Shown piece after piece: positions 47,418 through 57,469 of a DNA stretch of 64,000 nt; positions within the stretch are counted from its first letter, which is position 1, and the number at the start of each line of letters is the position of its first letter. The DNA is taken from positions 306,411 to 370,410 of the forward strand of contig JAHBTX010000004.1 in assembly GCA_019638395.1 (NCBI GenBank), given 5' to 3'. Both the position numbers and the translations under genes were made by a program. Under the pieces are notes generated by a model. It saw nothing but the letters and a program-made list of their open reading frames with translations, did not search any database and was not told the DNA's origin. Origin of the DNA: Cyclobacteriaceae bacterium (GTDB lineage Bacteria > Bacteroidota > Bacteroidia > Cytophagales > Cyclobacteriaceae).

Positions 47418-49578
47418 AATACCGATCATAATTTTTTTTGTGCTAGTAACTTTTTCGGTAATAGCACAAGAAGATTCATTGCGTGCGCACAAGCTGAATG
47501 AGGTAGAAATAAAGAGCAATCGCCTTTATGATATTTACCGGCTTTCGGAATCATCGGGCACCAATCTTTGGTCGGGAAAGAAAAACGAAGTGATTAGCCT
47601 AAACGCAACCAATGCTAACATTGCTGAAAAAACAGGGCGACAAATTTTTGCAAAGGTTCCGGGTGTATTTGTGTATGATATGGATGGTAGCGGAAATCAA
47701 ATGAATATTTCCACTCGTGGGCTTGATCCGCACCGGGGGTGGGAGTTTAATATTCGCAGAAATGGTTCGATCACAAATTCGGATATCTATGGGTACCCGG
47801 CTAGTCATTATAGCATTCCTATGGAAGCAGTTGAACGAATTGAATTAGTGCGAGGCACCGGCTCGTTGCAATACGGAGCACAGTTTGGTGGTATGTTAAA
47901 TTATGTAACCAAAGCACCCGATAGCACAAGAGGCTTCAGTCTTGAAAGCATTACTTCAGTTGGCTCATACGGATTAGTTAGTTCTTACTTGGCAGCAAGC
48001 GGCACAATTGGTAAGTTTCAATATGCCACTTATTATTCAAAACGCGTATCAGATGGGTATCGAACCAACAGCCAGACTCACTACGATGCTCAATCCATTC
48101 AACTAAGCTATGCGCCAACCTCAGTATTAAAGTTTACGGCCGAGTTAAGCCGATCAAATTATATCTATCACATTCCAGGCGCATTAACCGATGCACAATT
48201 CGCACAAGACCCACGTCAATCTACCCGATCGCGTAATTATTTCAATCCGGAAATATATGTACCATCGTTTACTATAGACTGGCAACTTGGACAAAACACA
48301 AAATTAACATGGTTAACATCGGCCGTATTAGGGTATCGAAATAGTGTAATGTTCGATAAGCCTGCCGATGTTCAAGACGTGCCTGACCCAGCAACCAATC
48401 AATATGCACCCCGTCAGGTCGATATAGATAATTTTAACAGTTACACTTCGGAGTTACGGTTGTTGCATAGCTATAGTTTGCTTGGATTTGGAAACAAACT
48501 TGTAGTGGGTTTGCAATACTTTAATAACGATTTGCATCGCAGGCAGCAAGGTAAAGGAACAACCGGTACCGATTTTGACCTTTCACTTACCTACCCGGTG
48601 TTTGGTCGCAACATGCATCTAAAGTCCACCAACGTGGCAGTTTTTTTAGAGAACAAATTTCAACTTACAAATAAATTATCAGTAACACCGGGCTTCCGGT
48701 ACGAGTCGGGGCAATCCCGAATGACGGGCTTTATTTCTTACTATGATGCAAACGACCTTCCGAATACAATAGTTCACAAATTTCCATTACTCGGATTAAA
48801 TGCCCAGTATGCCTTAAAATATGGATCGCTGTATGCCGGTTGGTCGCAAGCTTACCGTCCTGTAATCTTCAAAGATATCGTTCCAGCTTCGGCTTACGAA
48901 CAAGCAGACAAAAATCTAAAAGATGCTTATGGGTATAATGCAGAGGCAGGTTTTCGCGGTAGTTCAAAATACCTGCGTTGGGATGTAGGCGTGTTTCACA
49001 TTCAATACAATAATCGGTTAGGTACACAAGCCATGCGCAATGAGTTAGATCAGTTCTATCTCTACCGTACCAACATAGGTAATTCGGCTACTACAGGGGC
49101 AGAAATTTATACCGAGTATGTTGCCCCGCTTCGTAAACGGTTAGCATTTTCTGTTTTTACTTCCACTGCTTTGTTTAATGGAAGATACACCCAGGCACAA
49201 ATTCGGGTGGCGGAAAGTAATGTAAACATTTCCGGAAACAAGCTGGAGAGTGTTCCAAACATAATAACCCGAAATGGTATAACAGTGCGATCTGCTGCAG
49301 GAAGCATTTCACTTTTATATAGCTATATAAGCGATACCTTTGCCGATGCCTTAAATACTGTTACACCTTCAGCTAATGGTGCCGTGGGTTTGGTACCTGC
49401 CTATGGTCTGCTTGATCTCAATTCCACTTTTACAATTCGGCAAGTTACCATCAGGGCAAATATTAATAATGTTACCAACTGCATGTACTTTACCAAACGG
49501 CCTTCCTTTTACCCAGGGCCGGGTATCTGGCCTTCAGATGGTCGCTCGCTGGTAGTTTCAGTTGGGTTTAAGGTATGA
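47410..49578 (+). CDS. TonB-dependent receptor (FecA-like)
   Basis: Plug motif RGLDP...ERIELVRGTGSLQYG; terminal NNVTN.MYF and VSVGFKV; ATG at 47410 overlaps the upstream stop. Confidence 0.9.
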   Translation: MIKIPIIIFFVLVTFSVIAQEDSLRAHKLNEVEIKSNRLYDIYRLSESSGTNLWSGKKNEVISLNATNANIAEKTGRQIFAKVPGVFVYDMDGSGNQMNISTRGLDPHRGWEFNIRRNGSITNSDIYGYPASHYSIPMEAVERIELVRGTGSLQYGAQFGGMLNYVTKAPDSTRGFSLESITSVGSYGLVSSYLAASGTIGKFQYATYYSKRVSDGYRTNSQTHYDAQSIQLSYAPTSVLKFTAELSRSNYIYHIPGALTDAQFAQDPRQSTRSRNYFNPEIYVPSFTIDWQLGQNTKLTWLTSAVLGYRNSVMFDKPADVQDVPDPATNQYAPRQVDIDNFNSYTSELRLLHSYSLLGFGNKLVVGLQYFNNDLHRRQQGKGTTGTDFDLSLTYPVFGRNMHLKSTNVAVFLENKFQLTNKLSVTPGFRYESGQSRMTGFISYYDANDLPNTIVHKFPLLGLNAQYALKYGSLYAGWSQAYRPVIFKDIVPASAYEQADKNLKDAYGYNAEAGFRGSSKYLRWDVGVFHIQYNNRLGTQAMRNELDQFYLYRTNIGNSATTGAEIYTEYVAPLRKRLAFSVFTSTALFNGRYTQAQIRVAESNVNISGNKLESVPNIITRNGITVRSAAGSISLLYSYISDTFADALNTVTPSANGAVGLVPAYGLLDLNSTFTIRQVTIRANINNVTNCMYFTKRPSFYPGPGIWPSDGRSLVVSVGFKV

Positions 49579-49623
49579 GATACTAAAAGAAATTGTTGTT
49601 TAGTTTTTTTTGTTGTTTAAGTT

Positions 49624-49657
49624 GAATGCCGGGTAGGGGTACCCGGCATTCTGTTTT
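49624..49657 (+). terminator. Rho-independent terminator
   Basis: 12-bp stem GAATGCCGGGTA/TACCCGGCATTC, 4-nt loop, followed by TGTTTTT. Confidence 0.75.
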
Positions 49658-49744
49658 TAGAGTGCAACCGTTTTCAGCCGCTGGCGGCAAATTACTTGGG
49701 GTTGCACTTATTGCTTACTTCAACAGCATTAGTATATTTAAGCA

Positions 49745-51190
49745 ATGTCTTTTGCTTCCCTCCTCACAGAATATACCACCCGCCCCAACATCTGGGATGA
49801 AATGTGTGTACAAGGCGAAATCAGAAATCATTATCAATTGTTTTTTGATTCCCTAAGCCAGGTTTCGCCAGCAGAGTTAACCCGCAAGGACGAATTAGCC
49901 AAAAAGCTATTCATGAGCCAGGGTATAACTTTTACTGTTTATAGCGATGGCGAAGGCATTGAAAAAATTTTTCCATTTGATATTATTCCGCGCATTATTA
50001 CTGCGGCTGAGTGGCAACACATTGAAGCCGGAATTAAACAACGAATCAAAGCATTAAATATCTTTCTGAAAGATATTTACCACGATCAGTTTATTATAAA
50101 AGATGGTGTAATTCCGGCATCGCTTGTACACTCTTGCCCCAATTTTTTACGCGAAATGGTGCATGTAGATGTTCCCTTCAATATCTACACACATATTTCC
50201 GGTATTGATCTTATCCGCGATAGCGATGGATCGTTTTATGTGCTGGAAGATAACCTGCGCACACCATCGGGGGTTTCGTACATGTTAGAGAACCGAAACA
50301 TGACCTACCGCGTATTTCCTGGTTTGGTGCCGCGCAATAATGTTCGTTCCGTTAAAGACTATCCCGACATTTTACTTAAGAATCTATTAGCAATCAGTAA
50401 TCAACAAAAGAGCCAGCCTACGGTGGTATTGCTTACACCCGGCATTTTTAATTCTGCTTATTTCGAACATACTACGCTTGCCCGGCTAATGGGTGTAGAG
50501 TTGGTGGAAGGTCGCGACTTGGTTGTTGATAATGCCAAGGTTTATATGAAAACCACTGCGGGCTTAAAACAAGTAGATGTTATCTATCGCAGGGTTGATG
50601 ACGATTTTATCGATCCGCTTATATTCAATCCCGGAAGTATTTTGGGTGTGTCGGGTTTGTATTATGCTTTTCGAAAAGGTAATGTAGCTATTGTAAATGC
50701 TCCTGGTAATGGCGTTGCCGATGACAAGGCCGTTTATCCATTCGTGCCCGATATGATTAAATATTATTTGAACGAAGAACCAATTTTAAAAACGGTGCCC
50801 ACCTATGCCATGGATAATCCTGAACATTTGAAGCATGTGTTTGAAAATATTGGTAAGATGGTTATCAAAAAAACAAACGAAAGTGGTGGATATGGTATGT
50901 TGATGGGCAGTGCTTCCACCGAACAACAAGTAATGGATTATAAAAAAGAAGTGGCTAAAAACCCACGCCAGTTTATTGCGCAGCCCATCATTAGTTTATC
51001 GTCAGTGCCTTGTTATATAAATGGTAAAATACAACCCCGGCATGTGGACTTGCGGCCATTTGCTTTGTATGGCCCGCATGGTATTGAGATTGTACCGGGT
51101 GGATTAACCCGCGTGGCATTGCGCGAAGGATCGTTGGTTGTTAACTCTTCGCAAGGTGGTGGTAGTAAAGACACGTGGATTTTAAGTTAA
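49745..51190 (+). CDS. Circularly permuted type 2 ATP-grasp protein
   Basis: QGITFTVY, FPFDIIPR, VLEDNLRTPSGVSY, VDVIYRRVDD, GGLTRVAL, VNSSQGGGSKDTW. Confidence 0.93.
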   Translation: MSFASLLTEYTTRPNIWDEMCVQGEIRNHYQLFFDSLSQVSPAELTRKDELAKKLFMSQGITFTVYSDGEGIEKIFPFDIIPRIITAAEWQHIEAGIKQRIKALNIFLKDIYHDQFIIKDGVIPASLVHSCPNFLREMVHVDVPFNIYTHISGIDLIRDSDGSFYVLEDNLRTPSGVSYMLENRNMTYRVFPGLVPRNNVRSVKDYPDILLKNLLAISNQQKSQPTVVLLTPGIFNSAYFEHTTLARLMGVELVEGRDLVVDNAKVYMKTTAGLKQVDVIYRRVDDDFIDPLIFNPGSILGVSGLYYAFRKGNVAIVNAPGNGVADDKAVYPFVPDMIKYYLNEEPILKTVPTYAMDNPEHLKHVFENIGKMVIKKTNESGGYGMLMGSASTEQQVMDYKKEVAKNPRQFIAQPIISLSSVPCYINGKIQPRHVDLRPFALYGPHGIEIVPGGLTRVALREGSLVVNSSQGGGSKDTWILS

Positions 51191-51197
51191 TTAAACT

Positions 51198-52118
51198 ATG
51201 TTAAGTCGCGTTGCTGATGCTGTTTTCTGGATGGCCCGCTACATGGAGCGTACGGATAACATACTGCGTGCACTTCGCACCAACTATATTGCATCGCAAG
51301 ATGAGATTCAGAATTTCGATTGGCAACTTTGGATGGATGGCCTGGGGGCAGCGGCACAAAAATCCGAAACCAAAATTGCCTATCGCGATGCATTATACCA
51401 GCTTTTGCTGGATAAAGAGAACGACACGGCTGTGCTAACCAACATTGTACGGGCCCGCGAAAATGCCCGATCGGTACAGGATTATGTTACTAAAGAAGTG
51501 TGGCAATGCATGAATGATTATTATCACCTGATTCGTGAAAAGCACACCGAGTATTTGATTTTGCATGGCGACCCGGTAACAGCATTTGACAATCTGCTTC
51601 GCGAAAGCACCTTGTTTTATGGTACCGTTGATATAACCATGAATAGGGGTGAGGGTTACACTTTTTTAAACCTGGGAAAATATGTAGAACGAATGCTACG
51701 CAGTTTGGATATTCTGGAATTAAAAATTAAAGAACTGGGTAAACAGGGTAATGAATTGGTGCAATGGAAATACTTGCTGTATTCACTATCAGGCTATGAG
51801 TTCCATACCAAATTTTATCGCAATACACTATCAACTGAAAACGTAATTCACCAGATTATTATGAATGTTCAGTTTCCGCACTCGGTGTTGTATTGCTTGT
51901 TGCAGGTGGAGCGCTACTTTAAAAGACTGGATACAATTTCATTACCCGAACATTTTAAAGAGATGGAATTTTTATTGGGCCGGGCCATTAGCAACCTTCG
52001 GTACGGTGCACCCGCTAAACCCACTGTTGAAAACATTGTGCCACTGATTGAAAGCACACGCACCGAAATAAAATCACTCAGTCAGAAACTGGCTGCCTTA
52101 TACTTTGGATATTCTTAA
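51198..52118 (+). CDS. Alpha-E domain protein
   Basis: MLSRVADAVFWMARYMER, ARENAR, G.YVER, FPHSV. Confidence 0.92.
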   Translation: MLSRVADAVFWMARYMERTDNILRALRTNYIASQDEIQNFDWQLWMDGLGAAAQKSETKIAYRDALYQLLLDKENDTAVLTNIVRARENARSVQDYVTKEVWQCMNDYYHLIREKHTEYLILHGDPVTAFDNLLRESTLFYGTVDITMNRGEGYTFLNLGKYVERMLRSLDILELKIKELGKQGNELVQWKYLLYSLSGYEFHTKFYRNTLSTENVIHQIIMNVQFPHSVLYCLLQVERYFKRLDTISLPEHFKEMEFLLGRAISNLRYGAPAKPTVENIVPLIESTRTEIKSLSQKLAALYFGYS

Positions 52119-52128
52119 CCGATACGTT

Positions 52129-53091
52129 ATGCCGTTGTTTTATATCCGACACCGAACGCATTACCTCTACTCAGGCCTGGTAATAGATTCTGCCAATCAA
52201 ATAAAACTTTACCCGGTTAACGATGAGTTTCAACGTGTAAGTGAACATCGGCTGGTTATCTCTTCCAATCCAACGGTAACTACCATTCGCGATTATTTTG
52301 GTAACACAACCGGTTTTTTTACAGTGCTGGCGCCACATTCGCAACTGGCTATAGACAACATGTTGGCGGTAGAAATGCTTGCTAAACCTGATCCGGTAAA
52401 AACACTTTCGCCATCCGAAGTCTGGAAGCAGGTTACCAATTCTGAAAATCAGTTGCGTTTCCACGACTTTATCAAAGCCGAAGAAGCACGTGCGCAGCAG
52501 GAAATTCAACAAGCCGTGCATGAAATTTTAAGTAAGGTACAACACCCACTCGATACTATTGTTGACTTATCAAATTACATCTACGAAAACTTTACCTATA
52601 AAAAAGGTATAACCAATATCGAAACCAGTGTGGATGAATTATGGAACCTGCGTGCAGGTGTATGCCAGGACTTTGCACATTTATTATTATACATGTTGCG
52701 CTTAATGGGTGTGCCAGGCCGTTACATAAGTGGCTACATTTGTCCGGGTAGTAGCGAGTGGCGTGGTGAAGGTGCTACGCATGCCTGGGCTGAAGCCTGG
52801 CTGCCCGATACGGGTTGGGTGGGTATCGACCCAACCAATAAATGTATTGCAGGCGAGCGCCATGTGCGCCTGGCTTCTGGAAGAAATTTTAGTGATTGTA
52901 CTCCGGTAAAGGGAACCTATAAAGGTTCTACCGAACATCGGCTGGAAGTTACCGTTCAATTTGGTACTCAGGCTTTTTCAGACGATCAATTGGCAAACTC
53001 AACGCCCACTTTTAGCAGCGGTAGTAACGTGGAGGAAGGAGTGCCTCGTAACTCGTACATGGCCTACATGCAAATGCAGCAACAGCAATAG
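52129..53091 (+). CDS. Transglutaminase-like protein with a C-terminal Gln-rich tail
   Basis: GVCQDFAH, RYISGY, HAWAE, DPTN (Cys-His-Asp triad); ends MQMQQQQ; start likely the ATG at 52129. Confidence 0.92.
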   Translation: MPLFYIRHRTHYLYSGLVIDSANQIKLYPVNDEFQRVSEHRLVISSNPTVTTIRDYFGNTTGFFTVLAPHSQLAIDNMLAVEMLAKPDPVKTLSPSEVWKQVTNSENQLRFHDFIKAEEARAQQEIQQAVHEILSKVQHPLDTIVDLSNYIYENFTYKKGITNIETSVDELWNLRAGVCQDFAHLLLYMLRLMGVPGRYISGYICPGSSEWRGEGATHAWAEAWLPDTGWVGIDPTNKCIAGERHVRLASGRNFSDCTPVKGTYKGSTEHRLEVTVQFGTQAFSDDQLANSTPTFSSGSNVEEGVPRNSYMAYMQMQQQQ

Positions 53092-53164
53092 TATTGTATT
53101 GCGTCAACCAAACTCAGGCAGTACGAATGGTTACGCGTTTATTTTCAAATTAGCACACGTGTAA

Positions 53165-54637
53165 TCATTCCAGGCGCAAACCAAAGCTATCATAAATTTT
53201 TGCCCGCGCCTCTTTATTATCAGCCAATATAAGTAAGTGGTCATTCGCTTGAATTTCGGTTTCACCATTAGGTGTAACATATTCGTTTTGCCGGTGAATC
53301 AAAACAATCAACGATGACTTGGGGAGTTTTAGTTGAACAATCTGTTTGCCTACAGCTTCTGAGTTTTCGGGAATATCTAACTCAATTAGTTCTGATTTCG
53401 ATCCATCTTTCAATTCAAGATCGAGCGGAAATTTTCGTTTCACTTTTGCGGGCACACCTACATGCAGCCATTTGGCCATAAGCGATAGTGTAGAACCCTG
53501 CAATACCACCGATGTTACTGATATAAAAAATACCAGGTTAAAAATAGTTGCGGCTGAATGTACACCGGCAATTAATGGATAGGTTGCAAACACAATAGGC
53601 GCGGCACCACGCAAGCCAACCCAGGAGATAAATAGTTTTTTTCTGAAGTTGAGATCCTTTGAGCGAATAAGCATCAGAAATACCGCTGCGGGTCGGGCCA
53701 CTACAATCAGGAACAAGGAAATTAAAATACCTTCGCCAATGATAGGTGTTATTTTAGAGGGATACACCAGTAAGCCCAGTGTTAAAAACATTACAATCTG
53801 CATGAGCCAGGCAATTCCATCAAAAAATTTAATTAAACTTTTTTTATGAATGATGCTGGCGTTACCCAATATTATACCGGCACCATAAATGGCCAGAAAT
53901 CCATTACCGCCTATGGCATCGGTAAACGAAAATGTGAAGAACATGAGCGAGATCAGCAACACGGGGTAAAGTCCGGCAACATCCAGGCTGATACGATTGA
54001 TGACATAAACCATCAGACGGCCACCGCCATAGCCACACACCGCACCCAGAACCATTCCTTTTATAAACTTTGGGATCATAATAACAATGGAGGCTTCGGG
54101 CTGCATTACCAGATCAATGAAGCTTACGGTTAGAAAATAGGCCATCGGGTCGTTACTACCACTTTCAAATTCCAATAAAGGCCGCAGATTTCCTTTAAGA
54201 CCAATATTGCGGGTTCGTAGAATTGAGAATACCGCTGCAGCATCGGTTGATGAAACGATGGCACCCAGTAACAATCCTTCCATCATTGATATACCAAGAA
54301 TGTAGGACGTAAATAACCCTACCGTAACAGCAGTAATAAGCACACCAACTGTGGAGAGTGCTAATCCGTTTTTCAAAACAGGTCTCACACTTTCAAGCTT
54401 GGTTTCTAACCCGCCAGAGAAAAGGATAAAAGTTAATGCCACCACGCCCATAAACTGGGCAATTTTCGGATCGTCAAAATAAATCTTCCCAGGCCCTTCC
54501 GATCCGGCCAGCATACCCACAATCAAAAAGAGAATGAGCGTAGGCACGCCAAACTTAAAGGAAGTTTTACTGGCGATGATGCTTGCAAAAAGCATAATCG
54601 ACCCTAATAACAGGATATTTTCGGCCGTTAAGATCAA
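53165..54637 (-). CDS. Potassium/proton antiporter (CvrA/NhaP2 type) with a C-terminal TrkA-C domain
   Basis: GMLAGSEG, STDAAAVFS, ESGSNDPMA, WVGLRGA; C-terminal LKLP...I.R...PNG.T.I..ND. Confidence 0.9.
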   Translation of the reverse strand: MILTAENILLLGSIMLFASIIASKTSFKFGVPTLILFLIVGMLAGSEGPGKIYFDDPKIAQFMGVVALTFILFSGGLETKLESVRPVLKNGLALSTVGVLITAVTVGLFTSYILGISMMEGLLLGAIVSSTDAAAVFSILRTRNIGLKGNLRPLLEFESGSNDPMAYFLTVSFIDLVMQPEASIVIMIPKFIKGMVLGAVCGYGGGRLMVYVINRISLDVAGLYPVLLISLMFFTFSFTDAIGGNGFLAIYGAGIILGNASIIHKKSLIKFFDGIAWLMQIVMFLTLGLLVYPSKITPIIGEGILISLFLIVVARPAAVFLMLIRSKDLNFRKKLFISWVGLRGAAPIVFATYPLIAGVHSAATIFNLVFFISVTSVVLQGSTLSLMAKWLHVGVPAKVKRKFPLDLELKDGSKSELIELDIPENSEAVGKQIVQLKLPKSSLIVLIHRQNEYVTPNGETEIQANDHLLILADNKEARAKIYDSFGLRLE

Positions 54638-54727
54638 ATTCGTTATGTGTAATTTCTGTTAAGGATGATGCTGTCTTTCATGGGCGAAATCATCACACAC
54701 GAAAGACAGCCCATCACCAGCTTTTCT

Positions 54728-54823
54728 CTAAGAGAGTTTCAAGATAATGAAAAGCGCCAACAGGAGCACACCCATTAAAATGATAAACCAAAGTCTTTTA
54801 ATGTGTTCAAAAAATTCTTTCAT
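54728..54823 (-). CDS. Unannotated 31-aa single-TM peptide MKEFFEHIKRLWFIILMGVLLLALFIILKLS
   Basis: Translated by hand; ATG 54823 to TAG 54728; A/T-rich upstream context; below the ORF-track length cutoff. Confidence 0.5.
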   Translation of the reverse strand: MKEFFEHIKRLWFIILMGVLLLALFIILKLS

Positions 54824-54940
54824 ATAAATAATACGTAGCGAGCCGTTGCAACGCATGCAGCACGTGCTCAGGTTAAATAAACAAATGGAGAAAACTCACC
54901 GAAGAAACCCGATGATCAAAAGAGGATGTAGTTGCGCTCG

Positions 54941-55273
54941 CTAAGGAGCATGAATGGTAATGAGTGAATAGAATACATTAAAAACATGAGCCGGAATGTG
55001 CAAGGCTGCATGCTGGCTAACTTTTGAATTAAGCTGAAGGCTGGCTTGCTGCCAGTTGGCTTCCATAAATTCAGGAATCCGAACCGGATGTACGGAGTCA
55101 CTTTCTATATGCTCACGAATGGCAATAGCAGTAGCCTGACTAATGTGAATTACCGGTTTGCCGGAATTGATTTTTCTTTCAGCCTGTTGCGTGGCGGAAA
55201 ATGCAACCAGAAAAAGAACCACCGGCAGCAAGAAACTTGCAAATAGTTGTTTTGTATGCCGGATGATTTCCAT
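54941..55273 (-). CDS. Hypothetical protein with an N-terminal TM segment ending ITIHAP; possible regulatory leader ORF
   Basis: 110-aa ORF upstream of the peptide/antiporter genes; its stop codon lies in an inverted repeat. Confidence 0.6.
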   Translation of the reverse strand: MEIIRHTKQLFASFLLPVVLFLVAFSATQQAERKINSGKPVIHISQATAIAIREHIESDSVHPVRIPEFMEANWQQASLQLNSKVSQHAALHIPAHVFNVFYSLITIHAP

Positions 55274-55364
55274 TTTTTCAAAAATACTGACAAAAATACA
55301 AACAGATTCTGAAACTTTAAGAAGTGGGTTTCAAACGGTTGCTTAACTTCTTAAAACTGTAACC

Positions 55365-55372
55365 TATCTTTG
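55365..55372 (+). promoter_or_regulatory. Bacteroidota -7 promoter element (TATCTTTG)
   Basis: TAnnTTTG match just upstream of rsmG. Confidence 0.55.
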
Positions 55373-55381
55373 GAGGCTTAA

Positions 55382-56023
55382 ATGAATTTGAATATGATTG
55401 GTGTTGAAATTATCAACCACTACTTTCCGGAATTAACATCTTCGCAGTATAAGCAGTTTGAGAAGATGAGCGGGTTGTATCAGGAGTGGAATGAAAAAAT
55501 CAATGTAGTGTCTCGCAAGGATATCGAGAACATATATATCAACCATATTTTGCATTCGTTGGGCATTGCAAAAGTAATTTCATTTAAACCAGGTGCTGAT
55601 GTGCTGGATGTAGGAACGGGTGGCGGTTTTCCGGGAGTTCCATTAGCTGTGTTGTTTCCGGAAACACATTTCCACCTGGTTGATTCAATCGGCAAAAAAA
55701 TTACAGTTGTTACCGAAGTAAGCAAAGCATTGGGTTTAAAAAATGTAATGGCAGAGCAAGTGCGGGCCGAGCAATTAAAAGGAAAATATGATTTTATTAT
55801 AAGCCGCGCAGTTACGCGCATGAAGGAATTTCATGGTTGGATACACAATAAGGTGAAAAAAGAATCGGTACACACGTTAGATAACGGCATACTTTATCTG
55901 AAGGGAGGTGATCTGGATGAAGAGATGAATGAACTAAAACGGCCGTACAGTGTGTATAATTTACCTGATTACTTTCAGGAAGAATTCTATGAAACAAAGA
56001 AGGTAATTTATGTGCCCTTATAG
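55382..56023 (+). CDS. rsmG: 16S rRNA (guanine527-N7)-methyltransferase
   Basis: WNEKINVVSR, HILHSL, LDVGTGGGFPG, DSIGKK, SRAV. Confidence 0.95.
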   Translation: MNLNMIGVEIINHYFPELTSSQYKQFEKMSGLYQEWNEKINVVSRKDIENIYINHILHSLGIAKVISFKPGADVLDVGTGGGFPGVPLAVLFPETHFHLVDSIGKKITVVTEVSKALGLKNVMAEQVRAEQLKGKYDFIISRAVTRMKEFHGWIHNKVKKESVHTLDNGILYLKGGDLDEEMNELKRPYSVYNLPDYFQEEFYETKKVIYVPL

Positions 56024-57469
56024 TTTGCTTCCAAAGAAAAGCCCATCCACCCGCTCGCCAATAGCTAAACTGGTAACCACCACCTCAACCGTATCGCCTG
56101 CATTAAGTTTATAAATATTGGAGTCGTAATAATTAATAATCGTTACCACCGGGTATGCCTGGGTGCGCTTAATTTCATACAAAGTGGTACTGCCGGAAGT
56201 AATACGAAGTTTAATCGGAATACCACCCAGGCTTGAACTGCCTGTAACTGTAAAGGAATAAACTCCGGCAGCAGGTGCTGTAAATCGGTTTGTGGCTACA
56301 ACATTAAAATCATCAAACACATCGGTAAGTGCAACAGGCGAATCGTTGAAAACACCAAGCAGGTTTTGAAAGCTAAAGCTTGACTTAAAAGCATAGTTGG
56401 TTGCGATGGCTGTAGCAATAGCAGTGTCCACATATCCTTTGGTGGTAGCATCGGTAGCTGCAGTAGGTGCACCTACATTTTGAATACGAATACCACTTGC
56501 ATTTGGATTGTTAGTAAGTGTTTGAGCAAGCGTGGTAGTAATGTTTACACTGTTACCACCCGAAATAGCCAAACTGTTGGTGCCGGCAGTATAAGTAAGC
56601 GTTTGTTTATAAGGTGTTAAATCAACCGGGGTAGCATCGTTGGTCAGGCTCAACTGGTTAGTAGCAGCATTCAAACTCAAATCCTGAATTTCGTTGGTAA
56701 TGCTGTTGTCATTATCGGCAACATCCAGTGTTACGGGTGTTCCGTTTGAAATATTAATAGTGCGATTAGTACCGCTTACTGCACCCAACGATAGATTTTG
56801 ATTATCGGTATTTACGGAACCTATGTTTACACTATTGCCACCGCTAATGGATAAGGTTGTTCCGCTTAACGTTAGGCTTTGATTCGCAACGGGAGCCAGA
56901 TCTACTTCTTTGGTGCCACCGGCATCAGTTATGCGTAATTTTTTATCAGCTGTTAATAAAGCGCCCGTTATTAATTCATTGGTTATGCTGTTGTCGGCAT
57001 CACCGGTGTTGGTAATTACTCCGTTATTAATAGCAATGCCGGTTCCGGCACTTAAACTGTTGTTACCAGAAAACTCAGCATAAAATGCATACGGTACGCT
57101 CATCAATTGCTGGCTGCCGGCCAGTTGGTAAGACGATCCTCCGGCAGGGTCAATCTCAATTTGCAACCATTTATTGCCGATGGCCCAGCTTACAAATGCA
57201 AAGTTGCCGCTTGTTACAGTACCTTGGCCAATTACCAATGTAAACAACCCAAACGGATTGGTAAGCGGATTGTGCGTTTCGCTATACTCAACGTTTCCTT
57301 GAGCGGAGTTTTGCAAAATGCTGATGCGCACCGAAATGGTTTTGGATGCAATAGGTTTACCTTCGTTATCGCGGGCTACACCCTGGTAATTAATGCCTTT
57401 GGGTGCTTGCGCAGAAGCGGATGAAAAGATTAATAAAGCCAGAACTGAGGGGAGTAAAAGTCTAATCAT
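56018..57469 (-). CDS. Secreted repeat protein with a C-terminal C1q/TNF-like domain
   Basis: INYQGVARD N-terminal domain, D.DNSITNE repeats, RFTAPAAGVYSF. Confidence 0.7.
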   Translation of the reverse strand: MIRLLLPSVLALLIFSSASAQAPKGINYQGVARDNEGKPIASKTISVRISILQNSAQGNVEYSETHNPLTNPFGLFTLVIGQGTVTSGNFAFVSWAIGNKWLQIEIDPAGGSSYQLAGSQQLMSVPYAFYAEFSGNNSLSAGTGIAINNGVITNTGDADNSITNELITGALLTADKKLRITDAGGTKEVDLAPVANQSLTLSGTTLSISGGNSVNIGSVNTDNQNLSLGAVSGTNRTINISNGTPVTLDVADNDNSITNEIQDLSLNAATNQLSLTNDATPVDLTPYKQTLTYTAGTNSLAISGGNSVNITTTLAQTLTNNPNASGIRIQNVGAPTAATDATTKGYVDTAIATAIATNYAFKSSFSFQNLLGVFNDSPVALTDVFDDFNVVATNRFTAPAAGVYSFTVTGSSSLGGIPIKLRITSGSTTLYEIKRTQAYPVVTIINYYDSNIYKLNAGDTVEVVVTSLAIGERVDGLFFGSKL

